Below are positions 18,702-27,298 of a stretch of 64,000 nt of DNA, piece after piece; within the stretch, counting starts at the first letter, position 1; each line of letters begins with the position of its first letter. The stretch is from the NCBI GenBank assembly GCA_965215605.1, contig OZ244070.1:1440001-1504000 (forward strand). Direction: 5' to 3'. A program made the position numbers and the translations under genes. The notes under the pieces are model-generated. The model made no database searches, was not told the origin of the DNA, and was given only the letters and a program-made list of their open reading frames with translations. The DNA comes from an uncultured Candidatus Binatia bacterium. Its GTDB lineage: Bacteria; Desulfobacterota; Binatia; UBA9968; JAJDTQ01.

Positions 18702-19127
18702 TTACGAGGCGGCGACCTCGTCGAAGGTGGGCTCGGGCATGCCGTCCTTCCAGGTGGGGTCCCGGAGCTCGAGGCGGTTGCCGCTGGGATCCGAGAAGTA
18801 GAGCTCACGTCCCGGAAAATAGCCGCCCTTGCGGTAGTAGAGTTCCACCACCGCCACGTTCTTATCCTTGAACACCTTGCATGCCTCGTTCAGGGTCTCC
18901 GGGCTGACCGTGAAGGAGTGGTGGACGCGGTCGTCCTCCGCCTTGTCCGGGATCTCCCTGCGCTCGCACAGAAGGATGTTGTGGTCGCCCACGTTGAAGC
19001 ACGCCATGACGTCGTTGGCGAGCCGCCCCAGGGACTTGAGGCCCAGCAGATCGCCGTAGAACTTCTCCGCCTCGCCCAGGTCGTTCACGGGGATCGACCA
19101 ATGCGTAACCCCTTCGATCTTGAGCAT
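18702..19127 (-). CDS. VOC/glyoxalase family protein
   Basis: THWSIPV.DL..AEKFY..LLG, HHSF, YFSDPSGNRLE. Confidence 0.88.
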   Translation of the reverse strand: MLKIEGVTHWSIPVNDLGEAEKFYGDLLGLKSLGRLANDVMACFNVGDHNILLCERREIPDKAEDDRVHHSFTVSPETLNEACKVFKDKNVAVVELYYRKGGYFPGRELYFSDPSGNRLELRDPTWKDGMPEPTFDEVAAS

Positions 19128-19217
19128 GTACCTGTCTCCTTTCCTTGACTGTTTGCCGGGCGCCGGGGCACTCGGGCTGACGTCAACCTACATGACCTCC
19201 CGCTCTTCGATCAAGGG

Positions 19218-19344
19218 GACCATCGTGCACTTCTCATCGAGGACCCCGATCATTCGGTCGACGAACGGTGTTCCTTACCAGACCTTGATCAATCTGTACT
19301 TGCGTGACTGCGCCACCAGCGGAAAGAAGCTGCTCTTTCGGTAG
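19218..19344 (+). pseudogene. Collapsed BrnT-BrnA toxin-antitoxin remnant
   Basis: One frame reads DHRALLIEDPDHSVDE (BrnT-like DPDHS motif). It abuts another frame reading NGVPYQTLINLYLRDCATSGKKLLFR* (BrnA-type C-terminus). Confidence 0.7.
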
Positions 19345-19374
19345 TGATCGTCAGACGGCAGGGAGAGGGAGCCG

Positions 19375-21276
19375 TCATGCCTTGGGGTAACCCAAACGGC
19401 CCAGGTCCTCCCCGATCTCGTCCAGAATGGCTGGATCGTCGATGGTGGCCGGGGCGTTGTAGGGGGTGCCGTCGGCCATGCTTCGCACCGTGCCCCTCAG
19501 GATCTTGCCGGAGCGGGTCTTGGGCAGGCGCTTCACCAGCAGGGCCTGCTTGAAGTCGGCCACCGGACCGATCTTGTCGCGCACGAGGGCCACCAGTTCC
19601 GGCACCAGTTCCTTCTCCGTGGTCTCCACCCCCGCCTTCACCACGATCAGCCCCAGCGGCGACTGCCCCTTGAGCGCGTCGGCGACGCCCAGCACCGCGC
19701 ATTCGGCCACCGCGGGATGGGCGGCGAGCACCTCCTCCATGGCGCCGGTGGAAAGCCGGTGTCCGGCGACGTTGATGACGTCGTCGATGCGTCCCATGAT
19801 CCACAGGTAGCCGTCCTCGTCGCAGTACCCTCCGTCGGAGGTGACGTAATAGCCCGGATTCTGCTCCAGGTAGGCGTTGCGGTAGCCCTCCTCGTTGTTC
19901 CACAGGGTCGGCAGGCAACCCGGCGGCAGCGGCAGCTTGACCGTGATGCTGCCCATCTCGCCGGCCGGCAGGTCCCGGCCTTCGTCGTCCAGCACGCGGA
20001 CGTCGTAACCGGGCACCGCACGCGTAGGCGATCCCGGCTTCACCGGCAGCGTCTCGATCCCCATGCAGTTGGCCGCGATGGGCCACCCGGTCTCCGTCTG
20101 CCACCAGTGGTCGATGACCGGGACGCCCAGCATCTCCCGAGCCCACACCAGGGTGTCGGGGTCGCAGCGCTCGCCGGCCAGGAACAGTGCGCGGAAACGG
20201 CCGAGGTCGTATTTCTTGACGTGCTCGCCCCGGGGATCCTCCTTCTTGATGGCCCGGAACGCCGTGGGCGCCGTGAACAGGACGCTGACCCCGTGCTGGC
20301 TGATGACCCGCCAGAAGGCGCCGGGATCCGGCGTGCCCACGGGCTTGCCTTCGTAGAGGACGGTGGTGCAGCCCTTCAGCAACGGCGCGTAGACGATATA
20401 GGAATGGCCCACCACCCAGCCGACGTCGGAGGCGGCCCAGTACACCTCGCCCGCGTCCACGTCGTAGATGTTCTTCATGCTCCACTTGAGCGCCACGGCG
20501 TGGCCGCCGTTGTCGCGCACGATGCCCTTGGGCTGCCCCGTGGTGCCGGAGGTGTAAAGGATGTAAAGCGGGTCGGTGGCGGCCACGGAGACGCACGGGA
20601 CCGGGGCGGCCGCGGCCACCGCCTCGTTCCAGTCCACGTCGCGGCCGGCCGTCATGGCGGCCCGCGCCTGGGGCCGCTGCAGCACCAGGCAGGCGGCCGG
20701 CCTGTGCCGCGCCAACCGGATGGCCTCGTCCAGCAGGGGCTTGTACTCCACCACGCGGTTGACCTCGATGCCGCAACTCGCGCTCACGATAACCTTGGGC
20801 CGGGCATCGTCGATGCGGGTGGCGAGCTCGTTGGCGGCGAAACCGCCGAAGACCACCGAGTGGACCGCGCCGAGACGCGCGCAGGCCAGGATGGCCACCA
20901 CGGCCTCCGGCACCATGGGCATGTAGACGATCACCCGGTCGCCCGCGCCCACGCCGTGATTGCGGAGCGCGCCGGCGAAGGTCGCCACCGCGTCCCGGAG
21001 TTCCGCGTAGGTGAAGACCCTGGCGCTGTCCGTCACCGGGCTGTCGTAGATCAGCGCCGGGCGGCCGCCGTTTCCCTCCTCCACGTGCACGTCCAGGGCA
21101 TTGTAGCAGGTGTTGAGCGCGCCGCCGGCGAACCAGCGATAGAAGGGCGGCCGCGAGTCGTCCAGCACCCTCTCCCAGCGCTTGTCCCAGTGGATGTCCT
21201 CGGCGGCCTCGGCCCAGAAACCCTCGGGGTCGTTCAGCGCCCGTTGGTAAACGTCCGCGTACCGATTGTCGTTCAT
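19375..21276 (-). CDS. prpE: Propionyl-CoA synthetase
   Basis: YTSGTTGQPKG, DNGGHAVAL, DHWWQTETG, LPKTRSGK. Confidence 0.88.
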   Translation of the reverse strand: MNDNRYADVYQRALNDPEGFWAEAAEDIHWDKRWERVLDDSRPPFYRWFAGGALNTCYNALDVHVEEGNGGRPALIYDSPVTDSARVFTYAELRDAVATFAGALRNHGVGAGDRVIVYMPMVPEAVVAILACARLGAVHSVVFGGFAANELATRIDDARPKVIVSASCGIEVNRVVEYKPLLDEAIRLARHRPAACLVLQRPQARAAMTAGRDVDWNEAVAAAAPVPCVSVAATDPLYILYTSGTTGQPKGIVRDNGGHAVALKWSMKNIYDVDAGEVYWAASDVGWVVGHSYIVYAPLLKGCTTVLYEGKPVGTPDPGAFWRVISQHGVSVLFTAPTAFRAIKKEDPRGEHVKKYDLGRFRALFLAGERCDPDTLVWAREMLGVPVIDHWWQTETGWPIAANCMGIETLPVKPGSPTRAVPGYDVRVLDDEGRDLPAGEMGSITVKLPLPPGCLPTLWNNEEGYRNAYLEQNPGYYVTSDGGYCDEDGYLWIMGRIDDVINVAGHRLSTGAMEEVLAAHPAVAECAVLGVADALKGQSPLGLIVVKAGVETTEKELVPELVALVRDKIGPVADFKQALLVKRLPKTRSGKILRGTVRSMADGTPYNAPATIDDPAILDEIGEDLGRLGYPKA

Positions 21277-21395
21277 GCGTACCCCCCTGAAGTGAGAACC
21301 TGGAGTTTCCAATAAACCCCGCGCACCGTGGCGCGCAAGCGGAACCCGACGCGCCCGCCCTGCGGTCGCGGTCTCCTTCCACCCCGCCCCCCACT

Positions 21396-21424
21396 CTGGA
21401 CCCCGGATCAAGTCCGGGGTGACG
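21396..21424. repeat. REP-like palindrome
   Basis: CTGGACCCCGGATCAAGTCCGGGGTGACG. Confidence 0.65.
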
Positions 21425-21512
21425 TTGAGGGGGGCGGGGACTGCCGGCGGCGGTCTTTGACAGAGCCCTTCTTGTTGGTCTACGAACAGGTGGCCGAGGG
21501 GACTTGGGGACC

Positions 21513-23264
21513 ATGAGCTACAAGACGATTCATCACAAGGCCGACGTACTGGTCATTGGCGGAGGGGCGGCGGGCGCCATGGCGGCGATCCGGGCCCGGG
21601 AGGCGGGGGCGGATGTGCTGCTGGTGGACAAGTCGGTGTTCGGGCGGAGCGGCTGCGCCGCGCTGGCGTCCGGGGCCTACATCACCTACATGCCCGGCGA
21701 CGACATGATGCTCCACCTCGGCGGCCGCGGCGTGCTCACCAACCAGACCAAGGCCATCGAAGCCATTCACGCCACCTACGACGTGCTCAAGATCCTCGAC
21801 GGCTGGGGCGTGAAGTTCGTCAAGGAGGGCGGCGAGCTCTGGCGCGGCAAGGGCGGCTCCGGGGCGGCGGCCAGCGGCGGCCTGGCCGCGGGGCTGGTGG
21901 GCGGCGGCACGGCCATGATGAAGGTGATACGGGGAGTGGCGCTGCGCGACGGCGTCCGGGTGCTCAACCGGGTCTCGGTCACGGACCTGCTGACCTCGGA
22001 CGGCAGGCATCCCACCGATGGCCAGGTGGTGGGCGCGCTGGGGGTATCCGGACGCGAGCGCGAGGTCCACGTGTGCGAGGCCAAGTCCGTGGTCATGTGC
22101 GCGGGCGGGTTCAACTTCGGCTACAAGCGGCCGGGCCAGTGGTTTGCCGGCATGCCCCTCAACATCACCAGCGACGGGGTCGCCATGCAGATCCGGGCGG
22201 GCGCGGTGATGGGCAACATGGCGGTGGGCAGCAAGTACCTCCAGACCATGGAGTTCATGTGCGCCCCGGGCATCGAGCACTTCACCACCATGGGCACCAG
22301 CTACTTCAACAGCCGGGGCGAGGACGTGATGAAACGGTTCTCGGAATCCGAGGCCGAGTTCACCCGGCGGCTGTCGCTGGGACAGGCGGTGGCGCTCGAG
22401 ATGCTGGAAGGCAACGGACCCGTGTACCTGGACTGCACCAAGCTGCCGCCGGAGAACATCCGGCTGCTGTACGAGGTCATCCCCATCATCATGAACACCT
22501 TCGAGGCAGCCGGGTACGAGATCAGCAAGGAGAGGGTCCCGTATCTGCCGGTGCTGGCGGCCACCTACGGCTCCAGCCACGGCGGCGGCGCAGTGGTGGA
22601 CGACCAGTGCCGGACCTCGCTGCCGGGGCTGTTCGCGGCCGGCGCCAGCAGCGACGGCATGAACATCTCGCCGAACCTCAACCTCTCCTGGTGCATGGTG
22701 CTGGGCTGGTGGGCCGGGCTGCACGCCGCCGACTACGCCCGGAACGCGGACCTCCAGGGCGCCGTCGGGCAGCAGGTGGAGTCGCTGTCCAAGAGCACCA
22801 CGCAATACGTCAAGCCGGAAGGGACCGACTTCAACGAGGTCCACGGCAGGGCCGCGGACCTGTTGCACGAGTTGGGAGTCATCCTCAGCGACGAGAAGAT
22901 CACCCGGGTGCGGCGCGGGCTCACGGACATCCTGGACACCTATGACAACGTCATGGCCAGGGACCCCCACGACCTGGTGAAGGTGCTGGGACTGCGGAAC
23001 TCCATCGAGGCGCTGACGGCGGTGCTGGACTATCTGCTGCACCGGCAGGAAAGCCGCGGCTCGGTGATCAACCGTGACCATCCCGAGACCGACAACGAGA
23101 AGTGGCTGGTGTTGAGCAAGTCGATCATCGAGAACGGCGCGCTGAAGATCTGGGACGAGCCCATCCCGCGCGATGAGTTCTACGTGCACTACCGGCCCAG
23201 GACCGGGAAGGCCATGCACCCCTTCTTCAAGGTCGCCGGACAGGCGGTGGAGGAAGGGGAATAG
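21513..23264 (+). CDS. FAD-dependent oxidoreductase, AprA/succinate dehydrogenase-fumarate reductase flavoprotein family
   Basis: IGGGAAG, RSGCAA (no flavinylated His), GLFAAG, RQESRG, D.PETD..KW. Confidence 0.85.
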   Translation: MSYKTIHHKADVLVIGGGAAGAMAAIRAREAGADVLLVDKSVFGRSGCAALASGAYITYMPGDDMMLHLGGRGVLTNQTKAIEAIHATYDVLKILDGWGVKFVKEGGELWRGKGGSGAAASGGLAAGLVGGGTAMMKVIRGVALRDGVRVLNRVSVTDLLTSDGRHPTDGQVVGALGVSGREREVHVCEAKSVVMCAGGFNFGYKRPGQWFAGMPLNITSDGVAMQIRAGAVMGNMAVGSKYLQTMEFMCAPGIEHFTTMGTSYFNSRGEDVMKRFSESEAEFTRRLSLGQAVALEMLEGNGPVYLDCTKLPPENIRLLYEVIPIIMNTFEAAGYEISKERVPYLPVLAATYGSSHGGGAVVDDQCRTSLPGLFAAGASSDGMNISPNLNLSWCMVLGWWAGLHAADYARNADLQGAVGQQVESLSKSTTQYVKPEGTDFNEVHGRAADLLHELGVILSDEKITRVRRGLTDILDTYDNVMARDPHDLVKVLGLRNSIEALTAVLDYLLHRQESRGSVINRDHPETDNEKWLVLSKSIIENGALKIWDEPIPRDEFYVHYRPRTGKAMHPFFKVAGQAVEEGE

Positions 23265-23272
23265 AGGCTGCC

Positions 23273-23500
23273 ATGGCTGAAGAATTGCATCTGCCGAAGG
23301 TCGAGATCTCCAGGGAAGCCTGCATCTCCTGCACGGCGTGCGACGACGCGTGCCCGACGGACGTGATCCGGATCGGCAAGGACGGCTACCCGTTCGCCAT
23401 GTACGAGGAAGACTGCCAAGGCTGCTTCATCTGCGAATGGGACTGTCCCGTCGGGGCCATCAAGATCCGCGTCGCGCGCTGGTACGAGGCGGGACGGTAG
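23273..23500 (+). CDS. 2x[4Fe-4S] ferredoxin (AprB-like)
   Basis: CISCTACDDACP and CQGCFICEWDCP. Confidence 0.9.
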   Translation: MAEELHLPKVEISREACISCTACDDACPTDVIRIGKDGYPFAMYEEDCQGCFICEWDCPVGAIKIRVARWYEAGR

Positions 23501-23601
23501 GTGTCCCTTCGGCCCGTCCGGCGGCCTGACCCCAAGAGCGGAACGTCCATGCGGCCGGAAGTGCGCGAGGATGCCGCATCTCGCCCACCCCTCCATGTCA
23601 C

Positions 23602-24477
23602 ATGGCCATATTCTACGCCCTGATCGCGTCACTGGGCTTCGCGGTCTCCCACATCCTGATCCGCCGCGGGCTTGCACAGTCCAATCCCCTGGCGGGCTTC
23701 GCCATTTCCATCGCCATCTCCGCGTTGACGCTCTGGTCCATGGTGGCGGCCACCCTGCCCCTGGCCGTCTTCTGGACCCACGCCATCTGGTACTTCGCGG
23801 TGGGAGGCCTGTTCGCGTCCGGCCTGGGCCGCTGGCTGGTGTATGTCTCCATCGACCGGCTGGGGGTGGCGCGCTCCATCCCGGTGGTGAGCACGACGCC
23901 CATGTTCGCCTCGATCCTGGCCGTCATCCTGGTCGGGGAGCACTGGACGCTGGGCGCGTTCTTCGGCACCGTGCTGATCATCTGCGGCGTCATCGTGATC
24001 TCGCGCACCCACGAGGGAAAGGCCGATTGGCGCCGCGCCGACCTGATCTTTCCGCTGTTGGGGGCGCTGTCGTTTTCCTTCTCCGCCAGCGTCCGCAAGC
24101 TCGGTTTCTTCATCGAGAACCTGCCGCTCATGGCCTCGTGCGTGAACGCCACCACGGGCTTGGTGCTGGCGATCCTGATGATCTACGGCCAGGGCGGCCC
24201 GCGCAAGGTGCTGCCCATGTCCCGCTCGGTGTTCTGGTGGTTCGTGGCCGCGGGGATCTGCAACACCACCGGGATGCTGGCCAACTTCTACGCGCTTTCG
24301 GCCGGCGACATCGTCATCGTGGAGCCGCTCATCAGCACCAACCCGGTGCTGACCGTGGTCCTCACCGCCATCTTTCTGCGCGACGTGGAGACCGTGAACA
24401 TGCGGGTGTGCGTGGGCGTCGCGTTCACCTTCATCGGGACCCTGCTGCTGGTCTACTCCAAGACGAGTGGGGGTTAG
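23602..24477 (+). CDS. EamA/DMT family transporter
   Basis: About 10 TM segments in two repeats. Confidence 0.85.
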   Translation: MAIFYALIASLGFAVSHILIRRGLAQSNPLAGFAISIAISALTLWSMVAATLPLAVFWTHAIWYFAVGGLFASGLGRWLVYVSIDRLGVARSIPVVSTTPMFASILAVILVGEHWTLGAFFGTVLIICGVIVISRTHEGKADWRRADLIFPLLGALSFSFSASVRKLGFFIENLPLMASCVNATTGLVLAILMIYGQGGPRKVLPMSRSVFWWFVAAGICNTTGMLANFYALSAGDIVIVEPLISTNPVLTVVLTAIFLRDVETVNMRVCVGVAFTFIGTLLLVYSKTSGG

Positions 24478-24551
24478 GCCGCCGTTCCCCGCCCCCGGCC
24501 GCCCGTTTTCGTGTCGTGTCCTTTCCCCGCCGCCTTCGCTACAATGACCGG

Positions 24552-25724
24552 GTGCGCACCGGACTGGAAAGACTCCTCGACGACCCGCGCCGCTGGCTAG
24601 GGTCCGCGCGCGTCGGACTGGCGGCCAACCCCACCACGGTGAACCGCAAGTTCACCCACGCCGCCGATCTCTTGCACCGGCACCCGGACGTGGACCTGCG
24701 CTGCCTGTTCGGCCCCGAGCACGGACTTCGCGGGTCGGCCCAGGACATGGTCGGGGTGGAGGACGACACCGACCCCGCCACCGGCCTCCCGGCGGTCAGC
24801 CTTTACGGCGCCACCTTCGAGTCCCTTGCGCCCACGCCCGAGCGGCTCTCGAGCCTCGATGCGTTCGTATTCGACATCCAGGACGTGGGAGCCCGCTACT
24901 ACACCTACGCCGCCACCATGGCCCTTTGCATGCGCGCGGCGAAGGCCTCCCGGGTCAAGGTCGTGGTCCTCGACCGGCCCAATCCCATCGGCGGCGCGGC
25001 GGTGGAGGGGGGCGGCCTGGATGAGGGTCTGGAGAACTTCTGCGGCCTGTACCCGGTGCCCCAGCGGCACGGCATGACGCTGGGGGAACTGGCGCGCCTG
25101 TACAACGACACCTTCGGCATCGGCTGCGAACTGGAGGTGGTGGCGTGCGAAGGATGGGCGCGGAGCGCCTATTACGACCAGTGCGGCCTGCCCTGGGTGA
25201 TGCCGTCGCCGAACATGCCGGCCCCGGAGACCGCGCTGGTCTACCCGGGCATGTGCCTGCTCGAAGGCACCAACCTGTCCGAGGGGCGAGGCACCACGCG
25301 TCCCTTCGAGCTGTTCGGCGCGCCCTTCATCGATGCGACGGCGCTGGCCGGAGAACTGCGGCGTCACGACCTTGCCGGCGTGGCGTTCCGGCCCTGCGTC
25401 ATCGAGCCGGCGTTCCACAAGTTCACGGGCCGGCGCTGCGGCGCGCTGCAGTTGCACATTACCGACCGCGGGGCCTTCGAGCCCTACCGCACCGGCCTGG
25501 CCGTGCTGACGGCCGTGCGGAAGCTGTGGCCGGAATCGTTCGCCTGGCGGACCGAGCCCTACGAGTTCCGGGCCGACGTCCCGGCCATCGACCTCTTGAC
25601 CGGCCGCCCGGCCGTGAGGCAAGCCATTGACGGCGGCGCAACGCTCGACGAGGTGGTGCGCATCGCCTGCGGCGGCACCGAGATCTACGACGCCGGACGG
25701 GACAAGGCCCTGTTGTACGGTTGA
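24552..25724 (+). CDS. DUF1343 / NamZ-like exo-beta-N-acetylmuramidase
   Basis: VRTGLE, FGPEHG, FDIQDVGARYYTY, DRPNP, PSPNMP, SEGRGTTRPFE. GTG start 6 nt after TACAAT. Confidence 0.9.
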   Translation: MRTGLERLLDDPRRWLGSARVGLAANPTTVNRKFTHAADLLHRHPDVDLRCLFGPEHGLRGSAQDMVGVEDDTDPATGLPAVSLYGATFESLAPTPERLSSLDAFVFDIQDVGARYYTYAATMALCMRAAKASRVKVVVLDRPNPIGGAAVEGGGLDEGLENFCGLYPVPQRHGMTLGELARLYNDTFGIGCELEVVACEGWARSAYYDQCGLPWVMPSPNMPAPETALVYPGMCLLEGTNLSEGRGTTRPFELFGAPFIDATALAGELRRHDLAGVAFRPCVIEPAFHKFTGRRCGALQLHITDRGAFEPYRTGLAVLTAVRKLWPESFAWRTEPYEFRADVPAIDLLTGRPAVRQAIDGGATLDEVVRIACGGTEIYDAGRDKALLYG

Positions 25725-25778
25725 GAGGCGAAGCCCGTTGCGGAAGACGACACTCATGGATCGCGAAGGAGGCAGATC

Positions 25779-26471
25779 ATGGCAGATCAGGAAGTAGCCG
25801 TTGTGGTGGGCGGAGGGCCGGGGCTGAGCGCTTCGCTGGTGCGGCTGTTCACCCGGGAAGGCATGAAGGCAGCCATCGCGGCCCGCAACCCGGACAAGCT
25901 CCAGGCCCTGTCGGACAGCACGGGCTGCCGTACCTACCCGTGCGATGCGGTAGTCCCCGAGGACGTGGACAGCCTGTTCGCCCGGGTGGCACAGGACCTC
26001 GGAGACCCCGACGTGGTGGTCTACAACGCCAGCGCCCGGGTGCGCGGACCGCTTGCGGAGCTCGACTCCAGCGCCGTCAGGGACGCCATCATGGTGACCT
26101 GCTACGGCGGTTTCCTGGTGGGACAGGCCGCCGCCAGGAGCATGCTCCGGACCGGCGGCGGCACCATCCTGTTCACCGGCGCATCGGCGAGCGTCAAGGG
26201 TTACGCCAACTCCGCCTCCTTCGCCATGGGCAAGTTCGGCCTCAGCGGCCTGGCCCAAAGCATGGCGCGGGAGCTTCAGCCGCAGAACATCCACGTGGCC
26301 CAGATCGTCATCGACGGCGGCATCGACTCGCCCAAGCGGGACCCCGGACGCGGCGCGGACACCTGGCTGAGCCCGGACAGCATCGCGGAGACCTACCTGC
26401 AGCTCCACCGCCAGCACCGGAGCGCATGGGCGTCGCAAATCGAGCTGAGACCCTGGGTCGAAAAGTTCTGA
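25779..26471 (+). CDS. Short-chain dehydrogenase/reductase
   Basis: VVVGGGPGL, VYNAS, FTGASAS, F..GKF.L..LAQSMAREL, IDG. Confidence 0.9.
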   Translation: MADQEVAVVVGGGPGLSASLVRLFTREGMKAAIAARNPDKLQALSDSTGCRTYPCDAVVPEDVDSLFARVAQDLGDPDVVVYNASARVRGPLAELDSSAVRDAIMVTCYGGFLVGQAAARSMLRTGGGTILFTGASASVKGYANSASFAMGKFGLSGLAQSMARELQPQNIHVAQIVIDGGIDSPKRDPGRGADTWLSPDSIAETYLQLHRQHRSAWASQIELRPWVEKF

Positions 26472-26476
26472 GGGAC

Positions 26477-26503
26477 TAAGGTTTCCGCGTCCGTTGCCGA
26501 TCT
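26477..26503 (+). promoter_or_regulatory. Sigma28 (FliA-type) promoter candidate of pilX
   Basis: TAAGGTTT-N11-GCCGATCT versus consensus TAAAGTTT-N11-GCCGATAA; 11 nt upstream of the ATG. Confidence 0.65.
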
Positions 26504-26514
26504 TCCCTTGAGGG

Positions 26515-27027
26515 ATGGGAAGAAAGACTTCAGGCGCGGAGACGCGGCAACCCGGGGCTCCCCTCGGAGGAGAGGCGGGCGTCGTCCTGCCGTCGGTGCT
26601 CATGCTGGTGGCGGTGCTGACAGCGGTGGGCGGCGCCGCCATGAACGCGGCCCTGACCGACCTGCGGATCGCGGGCGCCCACTACAAGAGCGTGGCCGTG
26701 TTCCACATCGCCGAGGCCGGCCTCGCCCACGGCCGGCACGAGCTTTCCGACGAGGACGGCGTGCGGGACTTCGCCGCCATCCTCGCGCCCGCCACCCTCT
26801 TCAGCGCCCTCGTTTTCCACGACGGCAGCTACACGGTGACGGCGACCCCGGTCACCGGCGCCGTTCCCGCCCGAATCCGCCTGCGGTCGTCCGCATGCCA
26901 TCCCGCGGCCGACCCCTGCCCGCGCGAGAACGCCAGGGCCACGGTCGAAGCGTTGCTGGAGCACGACCCCGCCGGCGCCACGCCCCCGGAGCGGGTCCGC
27001 CTGGTGGCATGGAGGGCGCTGAATTGA
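26515..27027 (+). CDS. pilX: PilX-like minor pilin (PilX N-terminal domain)
   Basis: G|VVLPSVLMLVAVL class III signal lacking Glu5, then DLRIAG...VFHIAEAGL. Confidence 0.75.
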   Translation: MGRKTSGAETRQPGAPLGGEAGVVLPSVLMLVAVLTAVGGAAMNAALTDLRIAGAHYKSVAVFHIAEAGLAHGRHELSDEDGVRDFAAILAPATLFSALVFHDGSYTVTATPVTGAVPARIRLRSSACHPAADPCPRENARATVEALLEHDPAGATPPERVRLVAWRALN

Positions 27028-27051
27028 CTCGGCACCCGATTTCGGTACAAT
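27024..27051 (+). promoter_or_regulatory. Sigma70-type promoter
   Basis: TTGACT-N16-TACAAT upstream of a small ORF with an AAAGGAG RBS. Confidence 0.6.
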
Positions 27052-27088
27052 CGTTCCTGTTTGGCTGCTCTTGAAAGGAGTCCACGCC

Positions 27089-27283
27089 ATGAGTGCCGTT
27101 CCATACGATGTCTACATCCTCTTGGCCATCATCGGCACCGGGGTCTCGTTGGCCGGACTGATTCTGCCGGATCTGCGCGCCATGAAGCGGGATATCGGCG
27201 ACCTCCGGGAACGCATGGCCCGCCTTGAGGGGCTCTTCGAGGGATTCACCCGGCGGGACGACAACCAGGAGAGTATGTCATAG
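27089..27283 (+). CDS. Small membrane-anchored coiled-coil protein (hypothetical)
   Basis: 64 aa, one TM segment followed by LRERMARLEGLFEGF; good promoter and RBS. Confidence 0.7.
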   Translation: MSAVPYDVYILLAIIGTGVSLAGLILPDLRAMKRDIGDLRERMARLEGLFEGFTRRDDNQESMS

Positions 27284-27298
27284 TGTCCTGGCCCCCGA

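Noticed and set aside
15319-19344. Integrative element at tRNA-Pro
   Set aside because: No integrase and no duplicated tRNA 3' end (att) seen in the window
23571-25724. 717-aa ORF
   Set aside because: The upstream part is an alternate frame over the DMT transporter; the NamZ-like protein begins at 24552
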